Virus record (IMG/VR): IMGVR_UViG_3300037104_000892 | Coordinates: 5,145 to 69,144 of that record | Origin: a virus | Reading direction: 5' to 3' (one strand) | DNA: 64,000 nt | Part shown: one piece after another, positions 1 through 7,946 of the stretch | Numbering within the stretch: position 1 is the stretch's first letter | How the letters are laid out: each line of letters begins with the position of its first letter | Made by a program: the position numbers and the translations under genes | Notes under the pieces: model-generated | Database searches by the model: none | Told to the model about the DNA's origin: nothing | What the model saw: the letters and a program-made list of their open reading frames with translations, nothing else

Positions 1-362
1 GACGATTTGTTGTCGTTTCGATTTGTGTTTTCATAATGGTCTAAATTAGGTTAGTTAAACCTAATGACCATATAATGTGTATTTCATATTATTTAATATT
101 GTTTTTTATAAATTAAAATACTGATTCACTAATTGCATAACACTTTTTTCTCCATGTTCATGCTCGAAATTTTTAACAAACACTAAAAAGTGCACGTATT
201 CAGTAATCTTTTCTAAAGGTACATCTTTTTTTTCTATAGTTTTATAAAGATCCTTTATGTCATCAGCTCCTCCGATTGCATTTAACGCACTTTGAAATGC
301 GTTTTTCCCCTCTTCCGAATTAAGGAATCCTAGTAATTTCTTTTTTAAATTTTTTTCCATTT

Positions 363-1004
363 TCATTCAATACTGTTATTTTCTCCATATAAAGCTCGAA
401 CTTTATTAAGCCATTCTTGTGTTTTAACTTTTACCATCCAGACCTTACCCTCAGATACTCCCTTTAACACTATGCCTTCTTTAAGGCAGTAGATATTGGA
501 TATTATATCCTCTATCATTTTGTCATCCAAGAGACCTTGTGTGATTAATTTCTGAACTTTAAGGTGACCAAAAATGTCAATAAAATCTGCCGGTTTGACA
601 AAATCTTTTTTGTACATAAACATGTCAAATATAGTTACGTCGAAATCATCGAGATCATTTATCCAATCATGTTGTCCTGCAAAAGAACGAGGTCCAGCAA
701 ATTCTCCGTAGACTGTAATCATATCTACACCTCGAAATAGTTTATTTTCGCAAAATATCTTATCTAAAGGTCCTGAATATTTATCCATGAAAATATTTAC
801 AGCTTCTGTAAAGGGATTGCTCGCATTTTTAATCGTTTCTGTACGAGTTCCAAACTTTCCAAAGCCATTTGTGAATTGACTTTTCTTTGAAAGTTTTTTA
901 TTCCATTCAGCACAGAAATTTGAGCCATCGACTTTATCAAATCCAAAGGCGTGTTGTCCGATATAATCTTGAACATTTTTTTCTATGGTGCGATAATGCT
1001 TCAT
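363..1004 (-). CDS. RNA ligase (Rnl2-like nucleotidyltransferase)
   Basis: Motif I KVDGSN, then YGEFAG, IFDM, EGIVLK, VKVK in ligase order. Confidence 0.75.
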   Translation of the reverse strand: MKHYRTIEKNVQDYIGQHAFGFDKVDGSNFCAEWNKKLSKKSQFTNGFGKFGTRTETIKNASNPFTEAVNIFMDKYSGPLDKIFCENKLFRGVDMITVYGEFAGPRSFAGQHDWINDLDDFDVTIFDMFMYKKDFVKPADFIDIFGHLKVQKLITQGLLDDKMIEDIISNIYCLKEGIVLKGVSEGKVWMVKVKTQEWLNKVRALYGENNSIE

Positions 1005-1971
1005 TTTTTAATGTGTTTTTCAAAGAAATCTTTAGGAATGTTATTCATTATGATGAACTCTTCTTCAGTTTGTCCACCTCCATTAGCTTCCCACATTGCT
1101 TTGATTGTTTCAAAAAAATCTTTTCCGTATTTAGAACACATAGTTTTGAAAGAATATTTCCAATTGGAAGTGTTACTTTCAAAATCCATTGCTTCTATGA
1201 TTCTATTCGAACTCATTTTTATTTTAATTCACTCTGCAATTTTTTAGCTTCTTCAATCGTTAGATTTTTAAGCCACTTTGTAAATTTTTCTTGTTCTGCA
1301 GGAGATAATTTTTCGTATATCTCAATAATTATCCACAAATCTTTTATTGTCATTTTTATTTTGGATTCTGTGTTAATAGCCACTGTCCTAATGTTTGATT
1401 GCACTTTGTACATCTAAATATTCCTTTAATTAATGTGAAATTACATGCACACGTTGCTTTATCAACTTTTATTTTCGTGGGTTTCCTGATTTTAGTTGTA
1501 AATAAAATCTCAAGTTCCTCAACGGCTTTTTCAAAATCACCGTAATGATGAAGATGATTCTTCTTTAATATTGCGATAATCTTTTCTCTCATCTATTAAA
1601 CCAAATAATTGTATCAAATTCTTTTCTAACTGCTTTATGTTTAACGTCACTTGGAAGTATAGTGATATTTGTTTCTTGACCATCTTTTACATAATAACCA
1701 AAACCGTCATAATCAATGAATCCTTCACACTTAACACAACCAATAAATTCTTTAAGTGTCATAACATCGCCAAAATCAGATAATTCGGATAATTTGTATG
1801 GCATAATCATTCTTTTTTCACGAGATAATTCACCTAATTTGTTTATTTCAGGCCCGGCATATTTTAAAAAATCATCCCACGAACGACCATCATTATCTTC
1901 ATTGAATTTTTTGTCGTAAAGGTCTTGATATTTTTCAAGTTCAGCCTCTATGTCCTCAAAGTTTCTTTTCA

Positions 1972-2382
1972 TTATTTTATTTCTATCACTCCACCAAATA
2001 ATTCAAATTCTCTTTTAAGATTTTCAGCTACTTCTATTGAAACTTTTCCTTTCATTTTACAAGGAGCACTTTCGATAAGATTTTTTGCTTCAATAAGAGT
2101 TAAGCCAAACAATTCTTTTGCTTTTTTAATCATCTGCAATTTCTGTCCGCCTATTTCTTTAAGGCAAACATCAAATTCAGTTTGTTTAACTTCTGCAACT
2201 TCTTCAATAGGAACGATTCCTACGGGAGCAATTGCTTGTACACCTTTAATCCCATAATCTTCTTCAAGAATACGGACTAATTCTTTTGCTTCTAACACTG
2301 TCAATTTTGAAAGTGTATCGGCGATTGCGAATAATTTTGGATCTGTAGCCATTTTTTCTGTTGTTTTATTTGTGAATTTCAT
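1972..2382 (-). CDS. rplL: Ribosomal protein bL12 (L7/L12) homolog
   Basis: LTVLEAKELVRILEEDYGI N-domain; EFDVCL...K...IK...GL.L.EAK.LIESAP...V..E.AE.LK...E..GG.IEIK C-domain. Confidence 0.9.
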   Translation of the reverse strand: MKFTNKTTEKMATDPKLFAIADTLSKLTVLEAKELVRILEEDYGIKGVQAIAPVGIVPIEEVAEVKQTEFDVCLKEIGGQKLQMIKKAKELFGLTLIEAKNLIESAPCKMKGKVSIEVAENLKREFELFGGVIEIK

Positions 2383-2920
2383 TATTTTATTTGTATAAAT
2401 TTTTCATTATCCATTCCTTTACGTATCCATCTCATTAATTCAATAGCTTTGAATCGAGGTACGATATAAGTGTTTTTCCATTCTTCAGCATTAGAATCAA
2501 TTTCTAATTGATAAGTACTTTCACCTACATGTATTTGATAATATACTTTACCTTCACAAACATGTGTCATAAGTGCATCATTACCATTTACAATTTCTTT
2601 TAATGTATGAGTCATTTTATTTTCTTTTTCTTGAAATATTTCTTTAAAAATTGGTACTGCTTTTCTAAGATGTTCATATAAAGATTGATGTGTAGTACAA
2701 AACCAAACATCATTTCTTAAATCGGCCCTTTGACCAGTTTCTGCTATGAACCCACCATTATATCCTTCAGTTCCTTTGATGTATGTTTTACATCCAGGAT
2801 GTTCACAGTATATACGAATATCATGAACTTCATTTTCAAAATGTCTTTCAGGTTTAACGTATTTTTCACCTTCTTTGTCGTTGTATTCTATAAAGTCTAA
2901 CATAATTGTGATTTTAAATC

Positions 2921-2960
2921 AAATATAATCAAAAAATCCGAAAAATAAAAATATTTGACG
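2921..2960 (-). promoter_or_regulatory. Class I promoter (Bacteroidota-type TAnnTTTG element); repeated upstream of many minus-strand genes
   Basis: Minus strand ...TTTTGATTATATTTG; similar copies near 9050, 9640, 11120, 17465, 18960, 22850, 27390, 27685, 35850, 38360, 42012, 47675, 48900, 57230, 63228, 63668. Confidence 0.75.
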
Positions 2961-2972
2961 GATTATTTTTAG

Positions 2973-3045
2973 TGACTCCATTGAGAATCAAACTCAAATC
3001 GTGAATTTAGGAAATTCACATTCTATTCATTTAAACTATGAAGTC
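2973..3045 (-). tRNA. tRNA-Arg(CCT), AT-rich
   Basis: Acceptor GACTTCA/TGGAGTC; TGAAT-TT CCT AA-ATTCA. Confidence 0.75.
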
Positions 3046-3054
3046 AAATTTTAG

Positions 3055-3129
3055 AACCCCGGAAGGGAGTCGAACCCTCATCGTTCCATTACACTACTAC
3101 GCCTTAGAAGGGCGTTGTGATACCGGGGC
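3055..3129 (-). tRNA. tRNA-Arg(TCT)-like with no D-arm and a D-loop-like variable region
   Basis: Acceptor GCCCCGG/CCGGGGT; ACGCC-CT TCT AA-GGCGT; T-arm GAGGG TTCGACT CCCTT. Confidence 0.75.
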
Positions 3130-3244
3130 GTATAGTATCATTTATGATCCTTGTGAATCATATGTGAATCACCCGAGTGACACTATGCTGCTCGGGACAG
3201 TTTGTGTATCATATGTGATACATTGTGTGTGAATAATACATTAG

Positions 3245-3320
3245 AACGCCTGAAGGGATTCGAACCCTCATGTGTCCAATTACACTTCTCCTCGTTCGTA
3301 GCGAGGCGTGATACAAGCGC
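3245..3320 (-). tRNA. tRNA-Arg(ACG)-like with no D-arm and a D-loop-like variable region
   Basis: Acceptor GCGCTTG/CAGGCGT; CCTCG-CT ACG AA-CGAGG; T-arm GAGGG TTCGAAT CCCTT. Confidence 0.75.
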
Positions 3321-3417
3321 ATTTTCTTTTAAAACATTTTTTTCTTATCATGTAGTTTTTATTTTATATGCATAAAAAGTACAAAAGTTTCATCCTGTGC
3401 AATATTGAACTATAATT

Positions 3418-3492
3418 GGGTGAAATTTGGGATTCGAACCCAAGCTTTATGTTCCACAGACATACGTGCTAACCGCTAACACTAAAATCACC
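3418..3492 (-). tRNA. tRNA-His(GTG)
   Basis: TATGT-CT GTG GA-ACATA; GGTTCGAATCC. Confidence 0.85.
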
Positions 3493-3567
3493 ATGTTAAG
3501 AATAAAAGTGTACTTCGTTATACTAGAAACTCTGTGGGTATGACCACAACTTCTTTTATTCTTGAGT

Positions 3568-3654
3568 GGGTGTACGAAGGGACTCGAACCCTCACCTACA
3601 TGTTTCACAGACATGCACTCTCCGCCTTTCAGCACCAATTAAGCTACGTACACC
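3568..3654 (-). tRNA. tRNA-His(GTG) with an extra hairpin in the D-loop
   Basis: CATGT-CT GTG AA-ACATG; D-loop contains GCT GAAA GGC. Confidence 0.8.
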
Positions 3655-4017
3655 ATTTCAATTTTTAATCAATTGTATTAAGCGCCTTATTCCTAATATT
3701 GCAATTATAAAACCTATTATTGCTACTAATTTTATGGGCATTATCATAAATGATATAAAACTTAATACAAATAAACTAATTTTCATCATTTCATTTTTTC
3801 AAAAAACGTATTTTAACAGAATTAACTTCTCCTGTTGAAGGGTCGGGCACACTTGAAATATAGAAGAATGCCTCTTCCTTATTAATAGTCTCAAATACTT
3901 GACTATTTTCCATGTTGATAATTACTTGACCATTTATTTCTACAGCTGCTTTAACCTTTTCGTTTTGTTTGACTTCCATTTTTAATTCTTATATGTATCT
4001 TCATTAAAAAAGATTTG

Positions 4018-4101
4018 TACCGTCGACAGGTTTCGAACCTGTGAGGCTGTAAAAGCCAAGGGATATGAGCCCTCCCCAATTGACCACTCTGGCACGACGA
4101 T
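4018..4101 (-). tRNA. tRNA with CAT anticodon on a long-variable-arm body (Met/Ile2 uncertain)
   Basis: GAGGG-CT CAT AT-CCCTT; variable arm GGCT TTTAC AGCC. Confidence 0.75.
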
Positions 4102-4106
4102 ATTAG

Positions 4107-4179
4107 TAGCGGACACCGGTACTGCCCCGGCAACTTTGGGTTATGAGCCCAATGAGATGACTAGTTTCTCTAATCCGCA
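4107..4179 (-). tRNA. tRNA-fMet(CAT)-like
   Basis: TTGGG-CT CAT AA-CCCAA with three G-C pairs; 1:72 mismatch. Confidence 0.75.
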
Positions 4180-4182
4180 ATG

Positions 4183-4258
4183 TGCTCTCTGAGGGAGTCG
4201 AACCCTCGATCTTATGGATGTAGGCCATACGCTTTAAAACCAACTAAGCGAAGAGAGC
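4183..4258 (-). tRNA. tRNA-Val(TAC)
   Basis: TATGG-CC TAC AT-CCATA; cloverleaf intact. Confidence 0.85.
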
Positions 4259-4355
4259 ATTTTTAGATAAGTAGACAAACCTGGGATGACTATCTGCAGA
4301 TGTAGCAGGGCCGTATATGTCCTTTAGGCTCGAAAAGGAACTTATCTAAAAATTG

Positions 4356-4428
4356 TGGGCAATGAAGAATTCGAATCTTCATTACAGGTGTATCAGACCT
4401 GCGTCCTTACCGGTTAGACGAAATGCCC
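4356..4428 (-). tRNA. tRNA-Ile(GAT)
   Basis: CAGGT-CT GAT AC-ACCTG. Confidence 0.85.
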
Positions 4429-4439
4429 AAATTGTTTTG

Positions 4440-4587
4440 CGGGGGCAGAGGGATTCGAACCCACGACCTAGTGATTAGCAGATGAAGAGGATTTCGATTC
4501 CTTTAACTTCATAAGACTTCATCTATAGTGTTTTTAGATACTTCTATCTTGTACAGTCACTTGCTCTACGCGCTGAGCTATACCCCC
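4440..4587 (-). tRNA. tRNA (probably Asn GTT) with a 75-nt insertion in the anticodon loop (4478-4552)
   Basis: Acceptor GGGGGTA/TGCCCCC, G73, intact D and T arms; AGTGA-CTGT[75 nt]TAA-TCACT. Confidence 0.75.
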
Positions 4588-4594
4588 TAATTTG

Positions 4595-4672
4595 CGTTCC
4601 CGGTAGGATTCGAACCTACATCTTCATCCGGTTAACGGCCGGGCGTCTGACCAATTATAGTACGACAGGAAC
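4595..4672 (-). tRNA. tRNA-Asn(GTT)
   Basis: CCGG-CC GTT AA-CCGG; T-arm GTAGG TTCGAAT CCTAC. Confidence 0.8.
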
Positions 4673-4675
4673 ATT

Positions 4676-4779
4676 ATCTGAGAAATGTGAGAAGAGTATT
4701 TGTATACTAAGCAATGCGCTTGGTACAGGATTCGAACCTGTGATTAACCAACGATGTAACTCTTCTGCTTACTACAGAT
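4676..4779 (-). ncRNA. Y-RNA-like element 1 (YrlA-like: terminal stem, T-arm, looped acceptor-like stem)
   Basis: TGTAGTAAG-CAGAAGAGTTACATCG ... ACTCTTCT-CACATTTCTCAGAT; internal ACAGG TTCGAAT CCTGT. Confidence 0.7.
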
Positions 4780-4781
4780 TG

Positions 4782-4854
4782 CGGTGTGTACGGGGATCGA
4801 ACCCGTGAGCTCCTGAGTGACAGTCAGGAATGATAACCACTTCACTAACACACC
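4782..4854 (-). tRNA. tRNA-Asp(GTC)
   Basis: CCTGA-CT GTC AC-TCAGG. Confidence 0.88.
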
Positions 4855-4947
4855 ATTTAATCTATCTACTGCACTGGCATGCAGCCTTCCCAGTGCCAGC
4901 CGAGAGATGTACTCCAGACCATTCGTCCTTCATACATCTTGGATTAG

Positions 4948-5022
4948 TGCCCCTAAAGGGATTCGAACCCTTAACCTTCTCCTTAAGAGGGAGTAGCGCT
5001 TATCCAGTTGCGCCATAGAGGC
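4948..5022 (-). tRNA. tRNA-Lys(CTT)
   Basis: CTCC-CT CTT AA-GGAG. Confidence 0.85.
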
Positions 5023-5092
5023 ATATAAATTTTTCTGTTTGAATTCCTATTACTCAGTTCATTGAAAAATTTTAAAATCGTCTACCCTATCG

Positions 5093-5149
5093 TGCAAATG
5101 GAGGTTCTCGATACCCCAGACTAACCAAGTTATTCGTTAGATCATTTGC
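5093..5149 (-). ncRNA. Minimal tRNA-like RNA (acceptor, one hairpin, T-arm)
   Basis: GCAAATG/CATTTGC; CTAAC..GTTAG; GGGGT ATCGAGA ACCTC. Confidence 0.5.
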
Positions 5150-5154
5150 GTTTG

Positions 5155-5228
5155 TGGAGAATGAGGAATTCGAATCCTCGACCCCCTGCTTGCAGGGCAG
5201 GTGCTCTGGCCATCTGAGCTAATCCCCC
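5155..5228 (-). tRNA. tRNA-Ala(TGC)
   Basis: CCTGC-CC TGC AA-GCAGG; G3:U70. Confidence 0.88.
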
Positions 5229-5308
5229 AAATAAGTAGCAGGAGAGACAATACCTGCAAGTTTTTATCCAGTCTTCCTGGCGCCATCATTTTTTATTTGT
5301 TACTGAAT

Positions 5309-5384
5309 TGGCAGGGGTACCAGGATTCGAACCCGGAACTCAGGATTTGGAGTCGCGCATTTTACCAATTTCTACTATACCCCT
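5309..5384 (-). tRNA. tRNA-Trp(CCA), encoded CCA end
   Basis: AGGGGTA/TACCCCT G CCA; loop CT CCA AA; anticodon stem imperfect. Confidence 0.8.
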
Positions 5385-5388
5385 ATAG

Positions 5389-5417
5389 AAAAGGACTATA
5401 CTTTCATATAGTCCTTT
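5389..5417 (-). terminator. Intrinsic terminator-like hairpin after the His-rich ORF
   Basis: AAAGGACTATA-tgaaag-TATAGTCCTTTT. Confidence 0.6.
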
Positions 5418-5443
5418 AATCAATTAATTGTTTGAAATTTATT

Positions 5444-5854
5444 TTAAGTAATGTCTGTAGCCTTTTTAGTTATAACTATTGGCTTTCGTTTTTTCTCGTG
5501 ATGATGGTGATGATGATGGTGGTGGTGATCGTGATGGTGGTGACCATGATTGTGATGATCGTGATGTTCATCATCGTCATCATCTATAATAATTATCACT
5601 TCATCTCCGTTTTCATCTTCTTCAATAATTATCACTTCATCTTTGTTTTCATCGTCTTCAATGATTATCAATTCATCTTCATTTTGATCTTGATGATCGC
5701 GTTTCTGATCATCTTCATCAATGATTATCAATTCATCTTCATCATGATTATCTTCATCATGATTATCTTCGTTATGATTATTACGATCGTTGTAATTGTT
5801 GTAATCATTGTAATCATTTGGATCGTCATATTGACGAGATTGATCTTTTTTCAT
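5444..5854 (-). CDS. His/Asp-rich low-complexity protein ending in a PIVITKKATDIT strand
   Basis: Repeats E(L/V)IIIxEDE and a poly-His tract; likely start ATG 5854 just after the upstream stop. Confidence 0.65.
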   Translation of the reverse strand: MKKDQSRQYDDPNDYNDYNNYNDRNNHNEDNHDEDNHDEDELIIIDEDDQKRDHQDQNEDELIIIEDDENKDEVIIIEEDENGDEVIIIIDDDDDEHHDHHNHGHHHHDHHHHHHHHHHEKKRKPIVITKKATDIT

Positions 5855-5855
5855 A

Positions 5856-6188
5856 TTATACGACGTCTGTAGCTGGAAGAGTTTCAACGACTGGAATAGC
5901 TGTAACAACTTCATCTGCAAGAGTAGTGAATGAAAGAATTGCTCCTTCTGCTGTTCCTAATGAGTTTGTTGCATTTACTTTGAAAAAGTAAACTGTTGTT
6001 GCTAGTAAGTCGGTTACTGGTACTGATACAGGTACTACTGCATTTCCTGCAGGTACTGGTGTAGCGTCCAATGTTAAAGTTGTTGAATCTAATAAAGCTG
6101 CGTCGGTGCCATATACAAATTGTACTGTTGTATCTAAGTTACCTGGGTTTACTGATCCGTTTAATGTTGCTCCGTGTAATGTTGCCAT
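5856..6188 (-). CDS. FN3/Ig-like repeat protein with circularly permuted first strand
   Basis: ATLNGSVNP...F.YG...YFFKVNATNSLGT.EG....FTT core; C-terminal PVVETLPATDVV; likely start 6188. Confidence 0.6.
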   Translation of the reverse strand: MATLHGATLNGSVNPGNLDTTVQFVYGTDAALLDSTTLTLDATPVPAGNAVVPVSVPVTDLLATTVYFFKVNATNSLGTAEGAILSFTTLADEVVTAIPVVETLPATDVV

Positions 6189-6292
6189 AATATAATTATT
6201 TATTTTTTGTTGTATATTCAAATATTCGAATACATAATATATATTCACGAAAATATTTCATATATAGCCTGTGAGTGTACTGAAAATTATTG

Positions 6293-6366
6293 CGGTCCAT
6301 AGGGGTTACGATCCCCTCTTTTACCTGGGTGACAGCCAGGTTCCCATCCATAGGGCCCAATGAACC
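6293..6366 (-). tRNA. tRNA-Asp(GTC), atypical T-loop
   Basis: CCTGG-CT GTC AC-CCAGG. Confidence 0.7.
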
Positions 6367-6368
6367 AT

Positions 6369-6480
6369 AAAACAAAGAAAATCGGAAGAGGAAACAGCCG
6401 GAATTGAACCGGTAATTCAAATTAAAAGTCTGATGCCCCACCATGGGGCGCGAAGTAACTCTTTCCTTCACTATTGTTTT
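6369..6480 (-). ncRNA. Y-RNA-like element 2: conserved stem replaces the acceptor of a tRNA-Lys(TTT) body
   Basis: ATAGTGAAGGAAAGAGTTACTTCG; GCCCC ATGGT GGGGC; TCAGA-CT TTT AA-TTTGA; CCGG TTCAATT CCGG; CTCTTCCGATTTTCTTTGTT. Confidence 0.7.
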
Positions 6481-6481
6481 G

Positions 6482-6562
6482 TGCAGGTAGGGGGAATCGA
6501 ACCCCCATCCTCAGTTTGGAAGACTGAAACACTTTGCGTTATGCCCGTTGTGCTATACCTGC
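6482..6562 (-). tRNA. tRNA-Gly(TCC), enlarged D-loop
   Basis: TCAGT-CT TCC AA-ACTGA. Confidence 0.8.
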
Positions 6563-6645
6563 ATTTTAAATTTCTATGATGCTTCAGTCTGAAGTCCTAT
6601 GAAATTTTAACAGTCTCATAACCGATTTGATTTAAATCAGCAGGG

Positions 6646-6719
6646 TGGATACATACGGGCCTCGAACCCGTGACTCCTGGGTGCAAACCAAGTGTGTTAG
6701 CCATCTATACCAATGACCC
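6646..6719 (-). tRNA. tRNA-Ala(TGC)-like, bulged acceptor
   Basis: CTTGG-TT TGC AC-CCAGG; overlaps the 3' end of the endonuclease ORF. Confidence 0.65.
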
Positions 6720-7430
6720 ATTTTCGTATTTTTCTAAATCTTTTTTATATACTATTTCTAAATTTTTTAATGAACTTACAAAATTCTTTTTTTCTTCATC
6801 ATCTTTTTTCCAAAATCCTTTTATTTCAAAATATTTTTGTAATTTTGGACTCCAAAAATCCGGTGTATACCAATGAGATTTTCCATTTTTATCAAACCAA
6901 TTAAATTGGTGTTCTCTATTCCATATAGAAGGTTTAATCCAATTTTCATCAAGTTTGTTTAAAATTTTTGTAAAACGTAATTCATAAGAACCTTGAATTT
7001 TTATTATATCGCCATTAAGTTTTTCTACTTCGTACCAAGAACATCTTCCTCCTTTATTATTTAAAGATATTTTTTTCTTTGCTTCTTCAGATTGTGTTTT
7101 TCCTGTCATTCCTGAAGTACATCTGGAATGTTCAGAGTAATATATTTCTAATGTTTTTAAAAATCTTTGTGACAATATTTCTATATTCAATCTATTGTTA
7201 TATGTAACTGAACAAGAACATGAACAAAATTTTTGAAATCTTTTTTTTGTAGAAAATTTAAATTTACATTCTAAACATATTTTTTGAATAAGTGGTTTTC
7301 TTATTTTTTCATTTATTTCTTTTCTTTTTGCTTTTGTGCTAAATCCTCTTGCACATTTTGAAGAACAAAATCTTCCAGAAGCATAATTTCCTTCATGTTC
7401 TTTTCCACAATTTTCACAAACTTTCATCAT
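6705..7430 (-). CDS. Free-standing PD-(D/E)XK endonuclease with N-terminal Cys-rich module
   Basis: CENCGKEH..Y.SGRFCS..C; GSYE...YTPDF...EIKG. Confidence 0.7.
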   Translation of the reverse strand: MMKVCENCGKEHEGNYASGRFCSSKCARGFSTKAKRKEINEKIRKPLIQKICLECKFKFSTKKRFQKFCSCSCSVTYNNRLNIEILSQRFLKTLEIYYSEHSRCTSGMTGKTQSEEAKKKISLNNKGGRCSWYEVEKLNGDIIKIQGSYELRFTKILNKLDENWIKPSIWNREHQFNWFDKNGKSHWYTPDFWSPKLQKYFEIKGFWKKDDEEKKNFVSSLKNLEIVYKKDLEKYENGSLV

Positions 7431-7436
7431 TTAATT

Positions 7437-7468
7437 ATTATATGCATAAACAAGATAAAAGTTTTGAA
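7437..7468 (-). promoter_or_regulatory. Class II promoter-like motif AAAACTTTT-N~12-ATATAA, recurrent
   Basis: Similar copies near 3365, 8735, 12450, 26985, 34230, 40562, 41686, 43333, 45187, 46760, 47975, 54335, mostly just upstream of minus-strand genes or RNAs. Confidence 0.6.
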
Positions 7469-7495
7469 CTTATTCTTTTTGATTAGAATACTTAA

Positions 7496-7522
7496 TAGTA
7501 ACTCGTTGTTTTACTACAGTTT
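7496..7522 (-). ncRNA. Y-RNA-like element 3, 5' arm only (truncated at the endonuclease cassette)
   Basis: AAACTGTAGTAAAACAACGAGTTACTA with no matching 3' arm. Confidence 0.5.
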
Positions 7523-7524
7523 AG

Positions 7525-7596
7525 TGACCCCGGTGGGACTCGAACCCACATCTTCGGATTAAAAGTCCGAGGCGATTCCAATTTTGCTACAAGGTC
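7525..7596 (-). tRNA. tRNA-Lys(TTT)
   Basis: TCGGA-CT TTT AA-TCCGA. Confidence 0.88.
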
Positions 7597-7600
7597 AAAT

Positions 7601-7686
7601 CATGATCATTGGACTTTAACCAATACTTCAGATGCGGATTTATGCTTTCGCTACCCTATGTCTGCGTTCTCATTAAACTATTTCAT
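7601..7686 (-). ncRNA. Degenerate tRNA-like RNA with an expanded anticodon loop
   Basis: D-arm TAGTTTAATGAGAAC; CAGA..TCTG stem enclosing ~28 nt; T-arm ATTGG TTAAAGT CCAAT. Confidence 0.5.
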
Positions 7687-7693
7687 AATTATG

Positions 7694-7818
7694 TGGCGGG
7701 AAGAGTTGGATTTTCACCTCCAACTTTCAATTTATGAGATTGACATTCGATGTAATTCTGATCATCACTACATTGCTGAGAAATTCGAAAAGAATATTGT
7801 TTTTGAATTTTCTCGCCA
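7694..7818 (-). ncRNA. Y-RNA-like element 4, circularly permuted, with a CAT anticodon arm
   Basis: tRNA-like ends TGGCGAGA/TCCCGCCA; internal ATTTCTCA-GCAA-TGTAGTGATGATCAGAATTACATCG; TCAAT-CT CAT AA-ATTGA. Confidence 0.65.
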
Positions 7819-7823
7819 TTATG

Positions 7824-7898
7824 TCCCTCCGGTGGGATTCGAACCCACAACCTTCTCCTTAAAGGGGAGTAGCTCTGCGCAATTGGAGCTACGAAGGG
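7824..7898 (-). tRNA. tRNA-Lys(TTT)
   Basis: CTCC-CC TTT AA-GGAG. Confidence 0.82.
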
Positions 7899-7946
7899 AA
7901 ATTATCAACATGTCAAAGATCGTTATTCTTTTAAAGTAGGATGCTG

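Noticed and set aside
4525-4546. Antisense copy of the Y-like motif inside the tRNA insertion
   Set aside because: Spacing is about 3 nt shorter, there is no partner arm, and the match is explained by a local hairpin.
4870-4900. Cobalamin riboswitch or SRP-like motif (CACTGGGAAGG)
   Set aside because: Only a short match; the other conserved elements are missing and it lies between tRNAs.
3038-5419. Short ORF-track calls across tRNA array 1 (e.g. 3038, 3447, 3566, 3951, 4830, 5201) and similar ones at 6196, 7658, 39516, 40736, 43618, 45239
   Set aside because: They overlap tRNA/ncRNA genes and have no protein features.
5432-5872. Plus-strand hydrophobic 146-aa ORF
   Set aside because: Antisense shadow of the GAT/CAT-rich His/Asp ORF.
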